Position numbers and translations under genes: made by a program. A model generated the notes under the pieces. That model did no database searches, was not told the origin of the DNA, and saw only the letters and a program-made list of their open reading frames with translations. 64,000 nucleotides of DNA from an uncultured Candidatus Saccharibacteria bacterium (GTDB taxonomy: Bacteria; Patescibacteriota; Doudnabacteria; UBA920). This document shows positions 20,501 through 29,817 of the stretch, one piece after another (within the stretch, counting starts at the first letter, position 1; each line of letters opens with the position of its first letter). The stretch is from contig CAYYQK010000002.1 of NCBI GenBank assembly GCA_964473815.1, positions 41,128 through 105,127 on the forward strand, given 5' to 3'.

Positions 20501-21090
20501 AACCACGCGCCGCGGTTAGGAACGATTTTCGCACCGAAGTTATATTTACCGCGAGAAAATTCGGACGTGAAGAAAACGCCCGGCGATTTAATCAGCTGGG
20601 ATACCACAACACGTTCCACGCCATTGATAACGAAAGTACCGCGCGGAGTAAGCAATGGAAAATCACCAAAGTACACATCTTGTGTTTTGGTTTTACCAGT
20701 AACTTTATTTACCAACTTCGCACTTACATATAGAGGAGCTTCGTAAGTGGTGTTACGTTCACGGGAAGTCATCTCATCGTACTTTGGCTTGTCGAAGAAA
20801 TAATCTCCGAAAGAAAGTTCAAGATTCTTTCCGGTGAAATCTTTAATAGGATTAATTTCTGCAAGTAACTCTTTGAGACCGTTTTCAAAGAACCATTTGT
20901 AGGAATTAAGTTGCACCTCGATGAGGTTAGGCACCGCAGACACTTCGTGTTGTTTGCGGAAAAACTTGCGCTGAATAGGTGCTTGACCTGGCACAGCAAC
21001 GCTGCCAATCGGCTTTGGCTTGTTTTGCATGTATGAACCTTTGGGCCACAAGAACTTCCCGCTACGCCATCCGCAGCAGTTCTTGGCCAT
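17524..21090 (-). CDS. rpoB: DNA-directed RNA polymerase subunit beta (1188 aa by the longest ORF). An alternative start at the ATG at 21030 (MQNKPKP...) is possible.
   Basis: The N-terminal block RKFFRKQHEVSAVPNLIEVQLNSYKWF aligns with the E. coli RpoB N-terminus. Rif-region and C-terminal motifs are present. 22-nt gap to rpoC. Confidence 0.95.
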   Translation of the reverse strand: MAKNCCGWRSGKFLWPKGSYMQNKPKPIGSVAVPGQAPIQRKFFRKQHEVSAVPNLIEVQLNSYKWFFENGLKELLAEINPIKDFTGKNLELSFGDYFFDKPKYDEMTSRERNTTYEAPLYVSAKLVNKVTGKTKTQDVYFGDFPLLTPRGTFVINGVERVVVSQLIKSPGVFFTSEFSRGKYNFGAKIVPNRGAWLELDTDNAGVIGVKIDRKRRIPITALLRVFGLSSNDQILEMFKDVDTNPELKFINTTLEKDASTNADEGFKEVYKRIRPGDLATVDNARSLITAMFFNFERYDLSEVGRYKFNQRLDEYVDQKQDSHMLTLEDLVAVVKEVIRLNNVQGEPDDIDHLANRRIRAAGELIQTRYRVGLARMSRIAKDRMSLADLETVTPAQLIHVRPIVAAMQEFFSSSQLSQFMDQTNPLAELEHKRRLSAMGPGGLSRERAGFEVRDVHRSHYGRLCPISTPEGPNIGLVAHLASYARLNDFGFIETPYRIVKKFAKNDGKDAIDEIALFDVKKDGEVVVAAGTKMTEADAKKLQSVPDLEQIRIKGRVTKKVEHMDAYEEEKLTIGPANLNITDDGFFADERASVRVHGVPTMADTNEIDAIDVSPKQIISVSTSLIPFLEHDDANRALMGSNMQRQAVSCIVPRAPIVGTGMEAKAARDSGQVIIAEEDGEVTSVVGDKITIKGDSGKTKEYPLLKFIRTNSGTSMNQINRVEKGQKVKAGDVLADGASTERGELALGQNVLVAFMSWEGGNYEDAILLSSRLVQDDYYTSVHIEDFKIDIRDTKLGPEVVTRDIPNVGEEKLKNLDENGVVRIGAQVKAGDILVGKITPKGETDLTAEEKLLRVIFGEKSRDVKDTSLTLPHGEYGKVVNIREFSRDNGDKLQSGVIRSIQVSVAVLRKIQVGDKMAGRHGNKGVISRIIPQEDMPFLADGTPVDVILNPLGIVSRMNLGQVLETHLGFAARKLGYHVATPVLDGITEEQIKGELEKAGINTNGKSVLYDGKTGERFDEPVTVGVKYFLKLHHLVDDKMHARSTGPYSLITQQPLGGKAQMGGQRFGEMEVWALEGYGAAHTLQEMLTIKSDDVVGRSKTYEAIVKGEAIKKPNVPESFRVLIKELQSLGLDVDLLGVNGSMSMQDAIPVDMEDGEQPNQAAVVVAPEGPSLFDDPVKKKKEKKAKKE

Positions 21091-21507
21091 TATTAATGAT
21101 GAGTTGGCTTAGATCTCGGAAAATGTAGGTAACCGGGACCTGATTTTAGCTTATTTAAAAGGGTTTTGTTTTATCACAAACTGCGTCTGGACGACGCTTA
21201 AAGCATTAAAAAGTGAGATTTCAGCCAACAATCGGGAGGTTCAAGAACAAAAAAGACCGCTTTCTCGCATACGCAAAAAAGGGCTATTGATTTCGCCTTA
21301 TTTTATATGTAATTTGTGCACATATTCATTATAGCGGTCAAGGAAATTATGTCAAATAGATCTGAGGATAAGTTGATAATTTTAATTCCTTTGGTTTTAT
21401 TGCCTAAGAAAGGATCTGGCCACAGCCTGCCGAGCACGAAGTGGTCGTAGCAGGCGTAGGACATCTGCTTTCGTGGCAAAAAACCATAGGAATTATTAAC
21501 ATTATGA

Positions 21508-21513
21508 TACAAT
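21508..21513 (+). promoter_or_regulatory. TACAAT -10 box ending 7 nt upstream of the ruvA ATG. This implies a leaderless or near-leaderless transcript.
   Basis: cattatgaTACAATaaagcatATG. Confidence 0.35.
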
Positions 21514-21520
21514 AAAGCAT

Positions 21521-22081
21521 ATGATTGCTTACTTAAAAGGCCAAATATTGCAGAAAACTGTTAATTATATAGTGCTGGAGAACGGCGGGATTGGGTATAA
21601 GGTGTTCACAACTCCGGAAATCCTTGAAAAACCGCTTAACTCTGAGGTAAATTTATACATTTATCATAAATCCGGAGATGATGGCCAGACTTTATTCGGA
21701 ATGACTGACTTTGATAGCTTACTTTTCTTCGAAATGCTCGTATCAGTTACAGGAGTTGGGCCAAAAATGGCATTAACCATAGTTTCGGCAGCAAAAATCG
21801 AGCTTTTGCAGCAGGCAATAATGACTGGTGACACCGAAATCTTCACTAGAATGTCTGGAGTTGGTAAAAAAACCGCAGAACGTATCATTTTAGAGCTGAA
21901 AAACAAGGTAGATGGCGGTGGTTTGTTGGTTAGTAGCAATGCGGCCGGCAGCGAAGTTTACGATGCTTTGACTAGTTTGGGCTATAATCCACGGGAAATC
22001 CGTGACACTCTCCCCCAATTAGACGCCACTGCCGATACCGCTACCCAATTAAAACAAGCTTTAAAGATTTTGAGTCGTTAA
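21521..22081 (+). CDS. ruvA: Holliday junction branch-migration complex subunit RuvA.
   Basis: MIAYLKGQIL...YKVF... N-terminus, HhH region GVGPKMALTI, 186 aa. Confidence 0.9.
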   Translation: MIAYLKGQILQKTVNYIVLENGGIGYKVFTTPEILEKPLNSEVNLYIYHKSGDDGQTLFGMTDFDSLLFFEMLVSVTGVGPKMALTIVSAAKIELLQQAIMTGDTEIFTRMSGVGKKTAERIILELKNKVDGGGLLVSSNAAGSEVYDALTSLGYNPREIRDTLPQLDATADTATQLKQALKILSR

Positions 22082-22096
22082 TTTCGAGAGAATTTC

Positions 22097-23074
22097 ATGA
22101 AAGTTGTTCGTTTAACCGAAGTTGATCAATCTATATATAGTGAATTTGTGGCCGCCCAGCCGAGCGGTTCTTTTTTGCAATCGTGGGGGTGGGGTGAGTT
22201 CCAAATAGGCCAGGGACGAAAAGTTTCTCGTTTTGGTGTTTTTAATAATGAAGCATTGATTGCAGCCGTGCAATTAATAGAAACCAAAGTTCCGCACATG
22301 CCGGGTTTTTATATTTATGCACCGTATGGTCCTGTTGTATCAGAAGATACAAACAAAGAAGAAGTTGTCGCAGAGTTATTACAATTTTTACGAAGTGAAT
22401 TTAAAACTGCTTGGTTCATACGATTTGAACCGAAAAGCGATTTTAAGTTTATCGGCAAACCAACCTTGCACATTCAACCTGGTGCAACACTGATTACAGA
22501 TTTAAGCTTAAACGAGGAAGAACTGCTGGCAGGGATGCATCAAAAGACTCGTTACAATATTAAAGTTGCAGAAAAGCATAAAGTTGAAGTTAAAGTTGGC
22601 AGCTCGAATGATGCGCTTGAATTACTTATTAAAACAAGCAATCGTCAAGGATACAAATCACAATCACAAAAATATTTTTCTGAATTAGTAGAATTTTTTG
22701 CAAACCAAAATTTTGATTGCAAAGTTGCTGTGTATCGCACTGAACAATCTGGCGAATGTATTGCATCAGCAATTATGATTGATTTTGGAAACACTCGAAC
22801 ATACTTGTTTGGTGGGAGCGAAAACAACAAAAGAAATTTAATGGCGCCGTATGCGCTTCACTGGCAAGCGATGCGTGATGCAAAAAGTGCAGGTTTAACA
22901 AATTACGATTGGTGGGGTACTGAAACATCAACGGGAGCAACACCAGGATTCGTGCAATTCAAATTACGTTGGGGTGGCGAACAAGTTTCCTATCCAGAAC
23001 CTCACGACATCGTGCTCAACAGCAAATGGTACTTAGCATACAAAGCGTTTCGTAAACTTAATCGGATGGTCTAA
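22097..23074 (+). CDS. FemAB/FemX-family peptidoglycan interpeptide-bridge aminoacyltransferase.
   Basis: 325 aa. N-terminal FVAAQPSGSFLQSWGWGEFQ motif characteristic of FemABX. Its stop overlaps the next gene (TAATG). Confidence 0.65.
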   Translation: MKVVRLTEVDQSIYSEFVAAQPSGSFLQSWGWGEFQIGQGRKVSRFGVFNNEALIAAVQLIETKVPHMPGFYIYAPYGPVVSEDTNKEEVVAELLQFLRSEFKTAWFIRFEPKSDFKFIGKPTLHIQPGATLITDLSLNEEELLAGMHQKTRYNIKVAEKHKVEVKVGSSNDALELLIKTSNRQGYKSQSQKYFSELVEFFANQNFDCKVAVYRTEQSGECIASAIMIDFGNTRTYLFGGSENNKRNLMAPYALHWQAMRDAKSAGLTNYDWWGTETSTGATPGFVQFKLRWGGEQVSYPEPHDIVLNSKWYLAYKAFRKLNRMV

Positions 23075-24387
23075 TGTTAGAAGGTTTAAAAAATACAATT
23101 CGCCCACTAATTCCAAAGTTTTTGTTTAAAATGTTACAACCGCCTTACCATGGCACGATGGCTTTGATCGCGTCTATGTATTACGGCAACCCAAGCAACA
23201 AAATGTACGTGATTGGCGTGACTGGTACTGCAGGGAAATCTACAACAACAATTATGTGTGCGCAAATTTTGCAACACGCAGGTTTCCGAACTGGTTACAT
23301 TACAACTGCTGGTTCGCATGATGGCAATAAGGCCTCTACCAATATGCATGGTTTATCTATGCCAGGCGGATGGATGCTACAGCGCCAACTTGCAGAAATG
23401 GTAAAAAATGGCTGTAAATACGCAGTAGTTGAAGCAACTAGTGAAGGCCTGGCGCAAAATCGTCATTTGGGAATCAAGTTTCAAACCGCGTTGTTTACGA
23501 GTTTGTCCCCCGCTCATTTGGACACCCATGGTAGTTTTGAAAATTACCGCGCTGCCAAGGGCCGGTTGTTTGGCACATTGCGAGGTGTTAAAGGAAGTAT
23601 GATTGGCACCAATTTAGATGACCCGAACAAAAACTTTTTTATGGACTTCCCTGCTGACAAAAAATTTGGCGTAAGCATGCGGCCGGATTTACCTAAGCCA
23701 GATAACATCAATGTGTACGCTGCTGACAATGTTGAAGTGAGTGATAAAATTTCTTTTTCTTTGAACGGCGTAGAGTTTCATTTGCGCATGTTTGGTACTT
23801 TTAACGTTACAAATGCACTGCTGGCAACTGGTTGTGCAAACATGTTAGGCGTACCGTTACAAACCGCGAGCGATGCATTGGCTCTTGCAGATAATGTCCC
23901 CGGCCGCATGGAAGTTATTGAAGCACAAAATGGTGCGACCATCGTAGTCGACTACGCGCCAGAACCGAGTGCAATGGAAGCAAGTTTGCGTTCGATTATG
24001 TTACTGCCACACGAAAAAATAATTCATGTGTTTGGTTCAACTGGCGGTCACCGTGATGTGCGCAAACGTTTTGAGTTTGGTGAAATTTCTGCAAAACTTT
24101 CCGATACGATCATTATTACCAACGACGATGTCTATGATTCTGACGAAGAAGAAATTGCACACAACGTCCAAGAAGGAATTGATCGCGTTACAGACAAGAA
24201 AAAAGTTACTAAAGTTGAAAAGATTTTAGACCGCCGAGAAGCAATTGCTAAGGCAATTAAAATGGCTGGCCCCAAAGATATTGTGTTGATCACAGGAAAA
24301 GGTTCGGAACAATTCTTGGTTTTGCCACACAACAAACGCATTGCGTGGGATGAGCCAAAAGTAGTGAGAGAGTTGTTAAAGAAATAG
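23074..24387 (+). CDS. Mur ligase family protein (MurE/MurT-like), lacking the usual N-terminal domain.
   Basis: P-loop VIGVTGTAGKSTTT; VVEATSEGL...AHLDTHGSFENYRAAKGRLF resembles the MurE MEVSSH/DHLDYHG region; GSTGGHRDVRKR resembles GCGGDRDKGKR. Confidence 0.65.
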   Translation: MLEGLKNTIRPLIPKFLFKMLQPPYHGTMALIASMYYGNPSNKMYVIGVTGTAGKSTTTIMCAQILQHAGFRTGYITTAGSHDGNKASTNMHGLSMPGGWMLQRQLAEMVKNGCKYAVVEATSEGLAQNRHLGIKFQTALFTSLSPAHLDTHGSFENYRAAKGRLFGTLRGVKGSMIGTNLDDPNKNFFMDFPADKKFGVSMRPDLPKPDNINVYAADNVEVSDKISFSLNGVEFHLRMFGTFNVTNALLATGCANMLGVPLQTASDALALADNVPGRMEVIEAQNGATIVVDYAPEPSAMEASLRSIMLLPHEKIIHVFGSTGGHRDVRKRFEFGEISAKLSDTIIITNDDVYDSDEEEIAHNVQEGIDRVTDKKKVTKVEKILDRREAIAKAIKMAGPKDIVLITGKGSEQFLVLPHNKRIAWDEPKVVRELLKK

Positions 24388-24390
24388 TTT

Positions 24391-24780
24391 ATGATTTTAT
24401 TTATTGATACAAGTGATTATAATGCATTAAGTTTGACCGTTGTAGATCAAAATATGTTTAAAAAGTTTTCTAGTAAAGTAGAGTTCAATGAAAACTACAA
24501 AACAAATGAATTTCTACAAAAGTTTTTAAAGCGTGAAAAAATTGAATTAGCAAAGTTAGAAAAGATTATTGTTTGCTCAGGGCCAGGTTCATTTACGGGA
24601 TTAAGAGTCGGGGTTTCATTAGCTCAGGCGCTGGGATATGGATTAGAAATTCCGGTAATCGCAATTCCAAAAAATAAAGTTCCAACTGACCCATCGAAGC
24701 TATTAACAGTTCGGGGTGGTAAACACTTAGTGATGAATTATGGGCAAAAGCCTAACATTACTAAAGCAAAAAAGAAATAA
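24391..24780 (+). CDS. tsaB: TsaB (YeaZ)-like tRNA t6A biosynthesis protein, short form (129 aa).
   Basis: MILFIDTSD...IIVCSGPGSFTGLRVGVSLAQALGYGLEIPVIAIP matches the TsaB N-terminal domain. The C-terminal half is absent. Confidence 0.55.
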   Translation: MILFIDTSDYNALSLTVVDQNMFKKFSSKVEFNENYKTNEFLQKFLKREKIELAKLEKIIVCSGPGSFTGLRVGVSLAQALGYGLEIPVIAIPKNKVPTDPSKLLTVRGGKHLVMNYGQKPNITKAKKK

Positions 24781-24790
24781 ATAGATGGGT

Positions 24791-24838
24791 AAAAGAAAAG
24801 AACGCGTTTGGCACCGTATTGGTAACGCGTCCTTTTTT
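24791..24838. terminator. Bidirectional terminator-like hairpin between tsaB (+) and the minus-strand ABC operon.
   Basis: ACGCGTT...(16-nt loop)...AACGCGT followed by ccTTTTTT. On the other strand it is followed by cttttctttt. Confidence 0.4.
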
Positions 24839-24927
24839 CGTAACCCTGCCTAGAGTCGGCCGTTGCTGGTCGTTTCAATTTCAGGTTGCGAAATTTGTTC
24901 CTGGGATATGCAACGCCGTACGCTGCT

Positions 24928-25128
24928 TTAAGTTGGAACTTGGACTTGGTCCGAGCTTATCCACTCCGGACCCATGACGAAGGCGAGAATTCCGACGCCT
25001 ATTCCGAGGGCGGCCCACATCGGGACCCTCATCAAGAACCAAACAAGTTTTCCTATCATTTTCTTAACCCTCCGAACAGATTGGATTTCAGACTTTGGTA
25101 TTATACAGAAAAAGCATGGTTTTGTCAA
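24928..25128 (-). CDS. Possible small single-TM membrane protein, last gene of the ABC operon.
   Basis: 66-aa ORF with hydrophobic core MIGKLVWFLMRVPMWAALGIGVGILAFVMG, co-oriented 36 nt downstream of the permease. No homology recognised. Confidence 0.25.
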   Translation of the reverse strand: MTKPCFFCIIPKSEIQSVRRVKKMIGKLVWFLMRVPMWAALGIGVGILAFVMGPEWISSDQVQVPT

Positions 25129-25164
25129 CCCATGCTTTTTACAAATATTTTTAGTTTTATTTAA

Positions 25165-25911
25165 CTATTCCTTTAGGCGGAACTTCCAAAGAGTAAAAGC
25201 CAGAATGACTACAAACCAACCCAGTAATATGGCCGAGTCAGTCCATACTTTTGCTGGCACAGTAGTAGTAAGGAAAACTGAGCGCACCGCATCTGCTAAA
25301 TAAGTGATAGGCAAAATATTAGCCACCGCTTTTAAGACTTTTGGTAAACTATCTACTGCGAAGAAAATGTTTCCCAAAAATGTAAGTGGTAAACCAACTG
25401 CAGTAGTAATTGGCGCAGCGGCTTCATAGCTATCAGCGAATGTTGAGATCAACAAACCCATCAATAAGAATATTCCCCCACCAACCACAGTCAACGGAAT
25501 AATTAACAAAGCCGAGACAGAAACATGTACATGGAAGAAAATAACTCCAACTAAACCTAAAAATACCGCTTGGCAAATTGCCACTATAATGCGACTGAGT
25601 AACACGCTCAAAACTAATTCACTTTGTTTTATTGGTGTGGCAAGGAATCTTTTAATTACGCCTTTGGCTTTCATGTCGATCATCCAATAAGCTAAGCCAT
25701 AGATGCCGCCTTGCATAATTGTCATCGCCATTATTCCAGGCAATACGAATTGAGAATAACTTACTTTACCACCCAACACACCACCGATTGGCAAAACGGA
25801 AAGTGCAACATAAATAATCGCCGGCATCACAAGTGTGAAAAATATGCCAGACGGATTCCGATACAACTGCCGGAAATTCATTAAAAATAATTGTGAAAAT
25901 GATGAATTCAT
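25165..25911 (-). CDS. ABC-2 type transporter permease.
   Basis: Six predicted TM helices. Preferred ATG at 25911 (MNSSFSQ...), 4 nt after the ATPase stop. The ORF track uses TTG at 25926. Confidence 0.75.
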   Translation of the reverse strand: MNSSFSQLFLMNFRQLYRNPSGIFFTLVMPAIIYVALSVLPIGGVLGGKVSYSQFVLPGIMAMTIMQGGIYGLAYWMIDMKAKGVIKRFLATPIKQSELVLSVLLSRIIVAICQAVFLGLVGVIFFHVHVSVSALLIIPLTVVGGGIFLLMGLLISTFADSYEAAAPITTAVGLPLTFLGNIFFAVDSLPKVLKAVANILPITYLADAVRSVFLTTTVPAKVWTDSAILLGWFVVILAFTLWKFRLKE

Positions 25912-25915
25912 ATTT

Positions 25916-26863
25916 TTATTCCTCAAAGGCCTTGCCTGTTAAATCTAAGTACACATCTTCTAACGTGGCAGTTTTTACTGTAAACGAACTGAAGCTAATT
26001 TTTTGCTCACGCAGCCGATTTACTATAGCAGCAATTACATCAAGATTTTTAATTTCGAGAATCACTTTGGGTTTAGTGCTGTACATCTTCTCGATCCCAT
26101 CAATGCCTTGCCAAAGTGAATCCGAAATTTCTGAATCAGTTAAGAAAGTCACCTGGGTGGTGTGCGACAGATCTTCAATTAGTTTTTTCGGGTCATTTAT
26201 GGCCAAAATTTGGCCCGCGTCCATAATGGCCACGCGGTTACACAAGTATTCAGCTTCTTCCATGTAGTGTGTGGTCAACACGACTGTGATGCCGCGCTCG
26301 TTAATTTTGCGTACAAGTTCCCACACATCGCGGCGCGCGCGTGGATCTAAACCTGTTGTCGGTTCATCTAAAAATAAAATTTCTGGTTCGTTTACTAATG
26401 CTGATGCTAAAGTGAAGCGTTGTTTTTGCCCGCCGGACAAATCTTTGACTTGAGCATTTTTCTTATCTACTAAATTAACAAAACCAAGCAATTCGTCCAC
26501 ATTAGCTTTCTTACCGTACAAAGATGCAAACAATTCAAGTAATTCTGACAACGACATTAAGTTCATGTACTGGCTCGACTGCAATTGCACGCCAATGCGT
26601 CGCTTGATTTCATCTTGATCTTTGGTGTTGTCGAGACCTAAAACCATCACGCTACCAGAAGTTTGTTTGTTCAGCCCTTCGATAATTTCTAAAGTTGTTG
26701 TTTTACCAGCACCATTCGGACCGAGAATACCAAAAATCTCTCCTTTGCCGACCGAGAAATTTGTACCTTTAACTGCTTCGAAAGTACTCTCCCCTGCCTT
26801 ACGCGATTTTCGCGGCAAGTCGTAAACTTTCTTTAAATTAGATATTTCAATTACGTTTTCCAT
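25916..26863 (-). CDS. ABC transporter ATP-binding protein.
   Basis: Walker A GPNGAGKTTT, signature LSGGQKQR, Walker B LFLDEPTTGLD. Preferred ATG at 26863 (MENVIEISNLKKVY). The ORF track uses TTG at 26887. Confidence 0.9.
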   Translation of the reverse strand: MENVIEISNLKKVYDLPRKSRKAGESTFEAVKGTNFSVGKGEIFGILGPNGAGKTTTLEIIEGLNKQTSGSVMVLGLDNTKDQDEIKRRIGVQLQSSQYMNLMSLSELLELFASLYGKKANVDELLGFVNLVDKKNAQVKDLSGGQKQRFTLASALVNEPEILFLDEPTTGLDPRARRDVWELVRKINERGITVVLTTHYMEEAEYLCNRVAIMDAGQILAINDPKKLIEDLSHTTQVTFLTDSEISDSLWQGIDGIEKMYSTKPKVILEIKNLDVIAAIVNRLREQKISFSSFTVKTATLEDVYLDLTGKAFEE

Positions 26864-26869
26864 TTCCGT

Positions 26870-26875
26870 AGTATA
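26870..26875 (-). promoter_or_regulatory. TATACT -10 box 6 nt upstream of the ABC ATPase ATG (leaderless-type promoter).
   Basis: Minus-sense gcTATACTacggaaATG. Confidence 0.3.
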
Positions 26876-26890
26876 GCAATTTTGCAATAA

Positions 26891-26927
26891 ATAAAAAATG
26901 AGGCGGGCTCTAAAAGAACCCGGCCCA
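26891..26927 (-). terminator. Probable terminator of the 26949-27542 membrane-protein gene.
   Basis: GC hairpin ggcggg...cccggcc followed on the minus strand by cattttttattt. Confidence 0.35.
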
Positions 26928-26948
26928 AGAAACCTGCTGGGCAGAATT

Positions 26949-27542
26949 TCAAAATTCAGATCTGGAATGCATCATACGAGTTTCTTTTTTCGGCAGAGTG
27001 TTGTTTTTCCGCACCTGCTCTTTTACTTCTTCATGTCCTTTAGCGCAAACCAAAGGGATCATCACCGCAGATGCAACTAGCAGTATTCCATTAACCAGAA
27101 ATATCCAGTCAACGGAAAACGAAAACATCCATACCCGAGAGATAATCACATTGGCTATAATCGCTAGAAAAAGTCCGGCTGGCAAAAGTCCGACTACATC
27201 GGGCAAGAAATTTAGCCACTGCTTACGATGTAGCGAACGCAAATGTTCGTGGTAATCGCCAAGCTGAAGCATTTCTTCGCCGAGAACATGAATCGGATAA
27301 TCGGCCTTAGGAATTAAGCCGCCCAACAGGCCGGCAAAAATTAACACCCCGAACTCTGCCGAAGTGAATGCGGCCAATTGAGCATTGGGCCAGAGAGTAA
27401 ATACCGCTCCCAACATTACGGCTGCGGCCATGATACAAACCACAATCACAGCCAGAATCCATTGCATGTGCGTGTGACGCAATTGATGGTCCTTTGCCAA
27501 ATCAAAGTTAAATTTGTTCGGCTCAACTTTATATGGTTCCAT
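26949..27542 (-). CDS. Hypothetical integral membrane protein (about 4 TM), 197 aa.
   Basis: ATG at 27542 with GGAGGGG 8 nt upstream. Hydrophobic segments. No family recognised. Confidence 0.5.
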   Translation of the reverse strand: MEPYKVEPNKFNFDLAKDHQLRHTHMQWILAVIVVCIMAAAVMLGAVFTLWPNAQLAAFTSAEFGVLIFAGLLGGLIPKADYPIHVLGEEMLQLGDYHEHLRSLHRKQWLNFLPDVVGLLPAGLFLAIIANVIISRVWMFSFSVDWIFLVNGILLVASAVMIPLVCAKGHEEVKEQVRKNNTLPKKETRMMHSRSEF

Positions 27543-27604
27543 TTAAAACCCCTCCATTCAGATAATTCTCTACATATGAGATCTCGTACTATATAATAAA
27601 CTCT

Positions 27605-27633
27605 TGATTTTGTCAATCAGTCTCGGTACAATG
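27605..27633 (+). promoter_or_regulatory. Candidate uvrB promoter: TTGATT -35, 17-nt spacer, TACAAT -10.
   Basis: ttgattttgtcaatcagtctcggtacaat. It is divergent from the 26949-27542 gene. Confidence 0.4.
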
Positions 27634-27657
27634 AAAGTTGATACATTTTTAATTGAT

Positions 27658-29709
27658 ATGAAGTTCAAACTCCACACTAATTTCCCACCGGCTGGGGACC
27701 AACCTGGTGCCATAAATGGTTTGGTGAAATCTTTGCAAAAAGGTTATCGACACCAAACGCTTTTAGGCGTAACCGGTTCTGGAAAGACCTACACAATGGC
27801 GCAAGTAATTGGTGAGATTCAAAAACCAACTTTGATAATGTGTCACAACAAAACTTTGGCTGCACAACTCGCTTCTGAGTTTCAAGAATTTTTTCCTGAC
27901 AATGCCGTGCACTATTTTGTGTCCTACTATGACTATTACCAGCCGGAAGCGTACATCCCCCGCTCTGATACCTACATTGAGAAAGATACACAAGTAAATG
28001 AAGAGATTGACCGCCTGCGTAACGCTGCGACAACTTCGCTAATGTCACGCAAAGATGTTTTGATTGTTGCATCAGTATCTTGTATTTATGGTTTGGGTAA
28101 TCCAGCTAACTATTTAGAACTTTCTATGGAAATTAAAAAAGGAGAAAGTTTTAAGCGCGACAAATTGTTGCGAAGACTGACTGACATGCAGTATGCCCGC
28201 AATGATTTTGATTTGCATCGTGGTTCATATCGCGTGCAAGGCGACACAATTGAAATTGTTTTGGCATCGGAAGATACAATTATTCGTCTAAAGTTTTTTG
28301 GCGATGAAGTTGAAGGGATTGAACGCCTACACATGATCACTGGCGAAACTTTGGAAAAAATGGACGAAGTGAAAGTTTTCCCAGCCAAACACTTCGTTAC
28401 CCCGGAAGATAAAGTGCAGGCAGCCATGGAAAATATCCGTTTTGAACTTGGTGAACGCATGAAGGAATTAAAGGGCCAAGGAAAAATTTTGGAAGCTGCG
28501 CGTTTGGATCAGCGCACTAATTTTGATTTGGAAATGTTAACCAACACCGGTTTTGTTGCTGGTATTGAAAACTATTCGCGTCATTTGGACGGTCGCAATG
28601 CCGGTGATCCACCTTCGACTTTAATTGACTATTTCCCTGACGATTTCCTGATGATGATCGATGAGTCACACCAGACCATTCCACAAATTGGCGCCATGTA
28701 CGAAGGCGACCGCTCGCGTAAATCCACTTTAATTGATTACGGTTTTCGCTTACCTTCTGCTTTGGACAATCGTCCTTTGCAGTTCACTGAGTTTGAAGGA
28801 AAGATAAATCAAGTTGTGTTTGTGTCAGCAACGCCAGGACCTTATGAAATCCGTAAATCTTTAGAGGAAAATTATTTAGTAACAGATCGCAAACACAAGA
28901 TCATTAAAGATGACTTGCGCGGTGAAGTTGTTGTTGAACAAATTAATCGCCCCACTGGATTGCTTGACCCAACAATTGAAATCCAGCCGATTAAAAATCA
29001 GGTGGATCATTTGCTGGGACAAATTAGTGAGCGAGTTGGTCGTGGTGAGCGCGTGCTGGTTACGACCTTAACCAAACGCATGGCCGAAGAACTTTCCGAA
29101 TACATTAAGGAAGCTGGAATTAAGGCGCAGTATTTGCACAGTGAAGTGGAAACTTTTGAACGCTTGGAAATTTTACGCGATTTGCGTTTAGGAATTTACG
29201 ATGTGTTAATTGGCATTAACTTGTTGCGTGAAGGCTTAGACTTGCCCGAAGTTTCTTTAGTTGCAATTTTGGATGCAGACAAAGAAGGTTTCTTGCGTAG
29301 CGAAACTGCTTTCATGCAGATCATGGGTCGAGCCGCGCGCCACCTTAACGGTCATGTAATTATGTACGCCGACCGAATGACTGGCAGCATGCAACGCGCG
29401 ATAACAGAAACCGAACGTCGCCGTAAACTCCAGGAAGCATTCAACAAAAAACATGGCATTACACCTGCGGGAATCAAAAAGAAAATTGCAGATACTCGCC
29501 TGGCCGGTAGTCATGAAGCCTTACCCGCTGCTGATATTGAAGAAGTGGATGTAGCTAAACTCGATCCAAAAGCATTAAAAATGTATATGGATGAACTCAG
29601 CGATCAAATGGATTTGGCTGCAAAGAATTTGGAATTCGAATTAGCTGCAAAAATCCGCGATCGTCTCTCTGAAATTACCCAAATGCGACGCTTGCAAAAA
29701 AAGCGCTAA
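27658..29709 (+). CDS. uvrB: Excinuclease ABC subunit B.
   Basis: Start chosen at the ATG at 27658 because [22 protein letters not shown] aligns with the E. coli UvrB N-terminus. The ORF track starts at TTG 27604. Walker [16 protein letters not shown], helicase motifs, C-terminal UVR domain. Confidence 0.93.
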   Translation: MKFKLHTNFPPAGDQPGAINGLVKSLQKGYRHQTLLGVTGSGKTYTMAQVIGEIQKPTLIMCHNKTLAAQLASEFQEFFPDNAVHYFVSYYDYYQPEAYIPRSDTYIEKDTQVNEEIDRLRNAATTSLMSRKDVLIVASVSCIYGLGNPANYLELSMEIKKGESFKRDKLLRRLTDMQYARNDFDLHRGSYRVQGDTIEIVLASEDTIIRLKFFGDEVEGIERLHMITGETLEKMDEVKVFPAKHFVTPEDKVQAAMENIRFELGERMKELKGQGKILEAARLDQRTNFDLEMLTNTGFVAGIENYSRHLDGRNAGDPPSTLIDYFPDDFLMMIDESHQTIPQIGAMYEGDRSRKSTLIDYGFRLPSALDNRPLQFTEFEGKINQVVFVSATPGPYEIRKSLEENYLVTDRKHKIIKDDLRGEVVVEQINRPTGLLDPTIEIQPIKNQVDHLLGQISERVGRGERVLVTTLTKRMAEELSEYIKEAGIKAQYLHSEVETFERLEILRDLRLGIYDVLIGINLLREGLDLPEVSLVAILDADKEGFLRSETAFMQIMGRAARHLNGHVIMYADRMTGSMQRAITETERRRKLQEAFNKKHGITPAGIKKKIADTRLAGSHEALPAADIEEVDVAKLDPKALKMYMDELSDQMDLAAKNLEFELAAKIRDRLSEITQMRRLQKKR

Positions 29710-29817
29710 ACCCTTATAATACCTAGGCTTTAAGCAGTTCCCTGTCTTCCGTGTCAAATTAGATAAGGGTGTAACAAGCAAACAGTTTAACAATTTAAAT
29801 TTAAGAATCTATAATAG

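Noticed and set aside
21303-21512. 69-aa minus-strand ORF upstream of ruvA.
   Set aside because: It is in an AT-rich spacer with the GC hairpin, has no RBS or promoter logic and an odd composition. Likely non-coding.
27604-27657. TTG start at 27604 or ATG at 27631 for uvrB.
   Set aside because: The N-terminal alignment with UvrB begins at MKFKL (27658), and the candidate -10 (TACAAT 27628-27633) overlaps the 27631 ATG.
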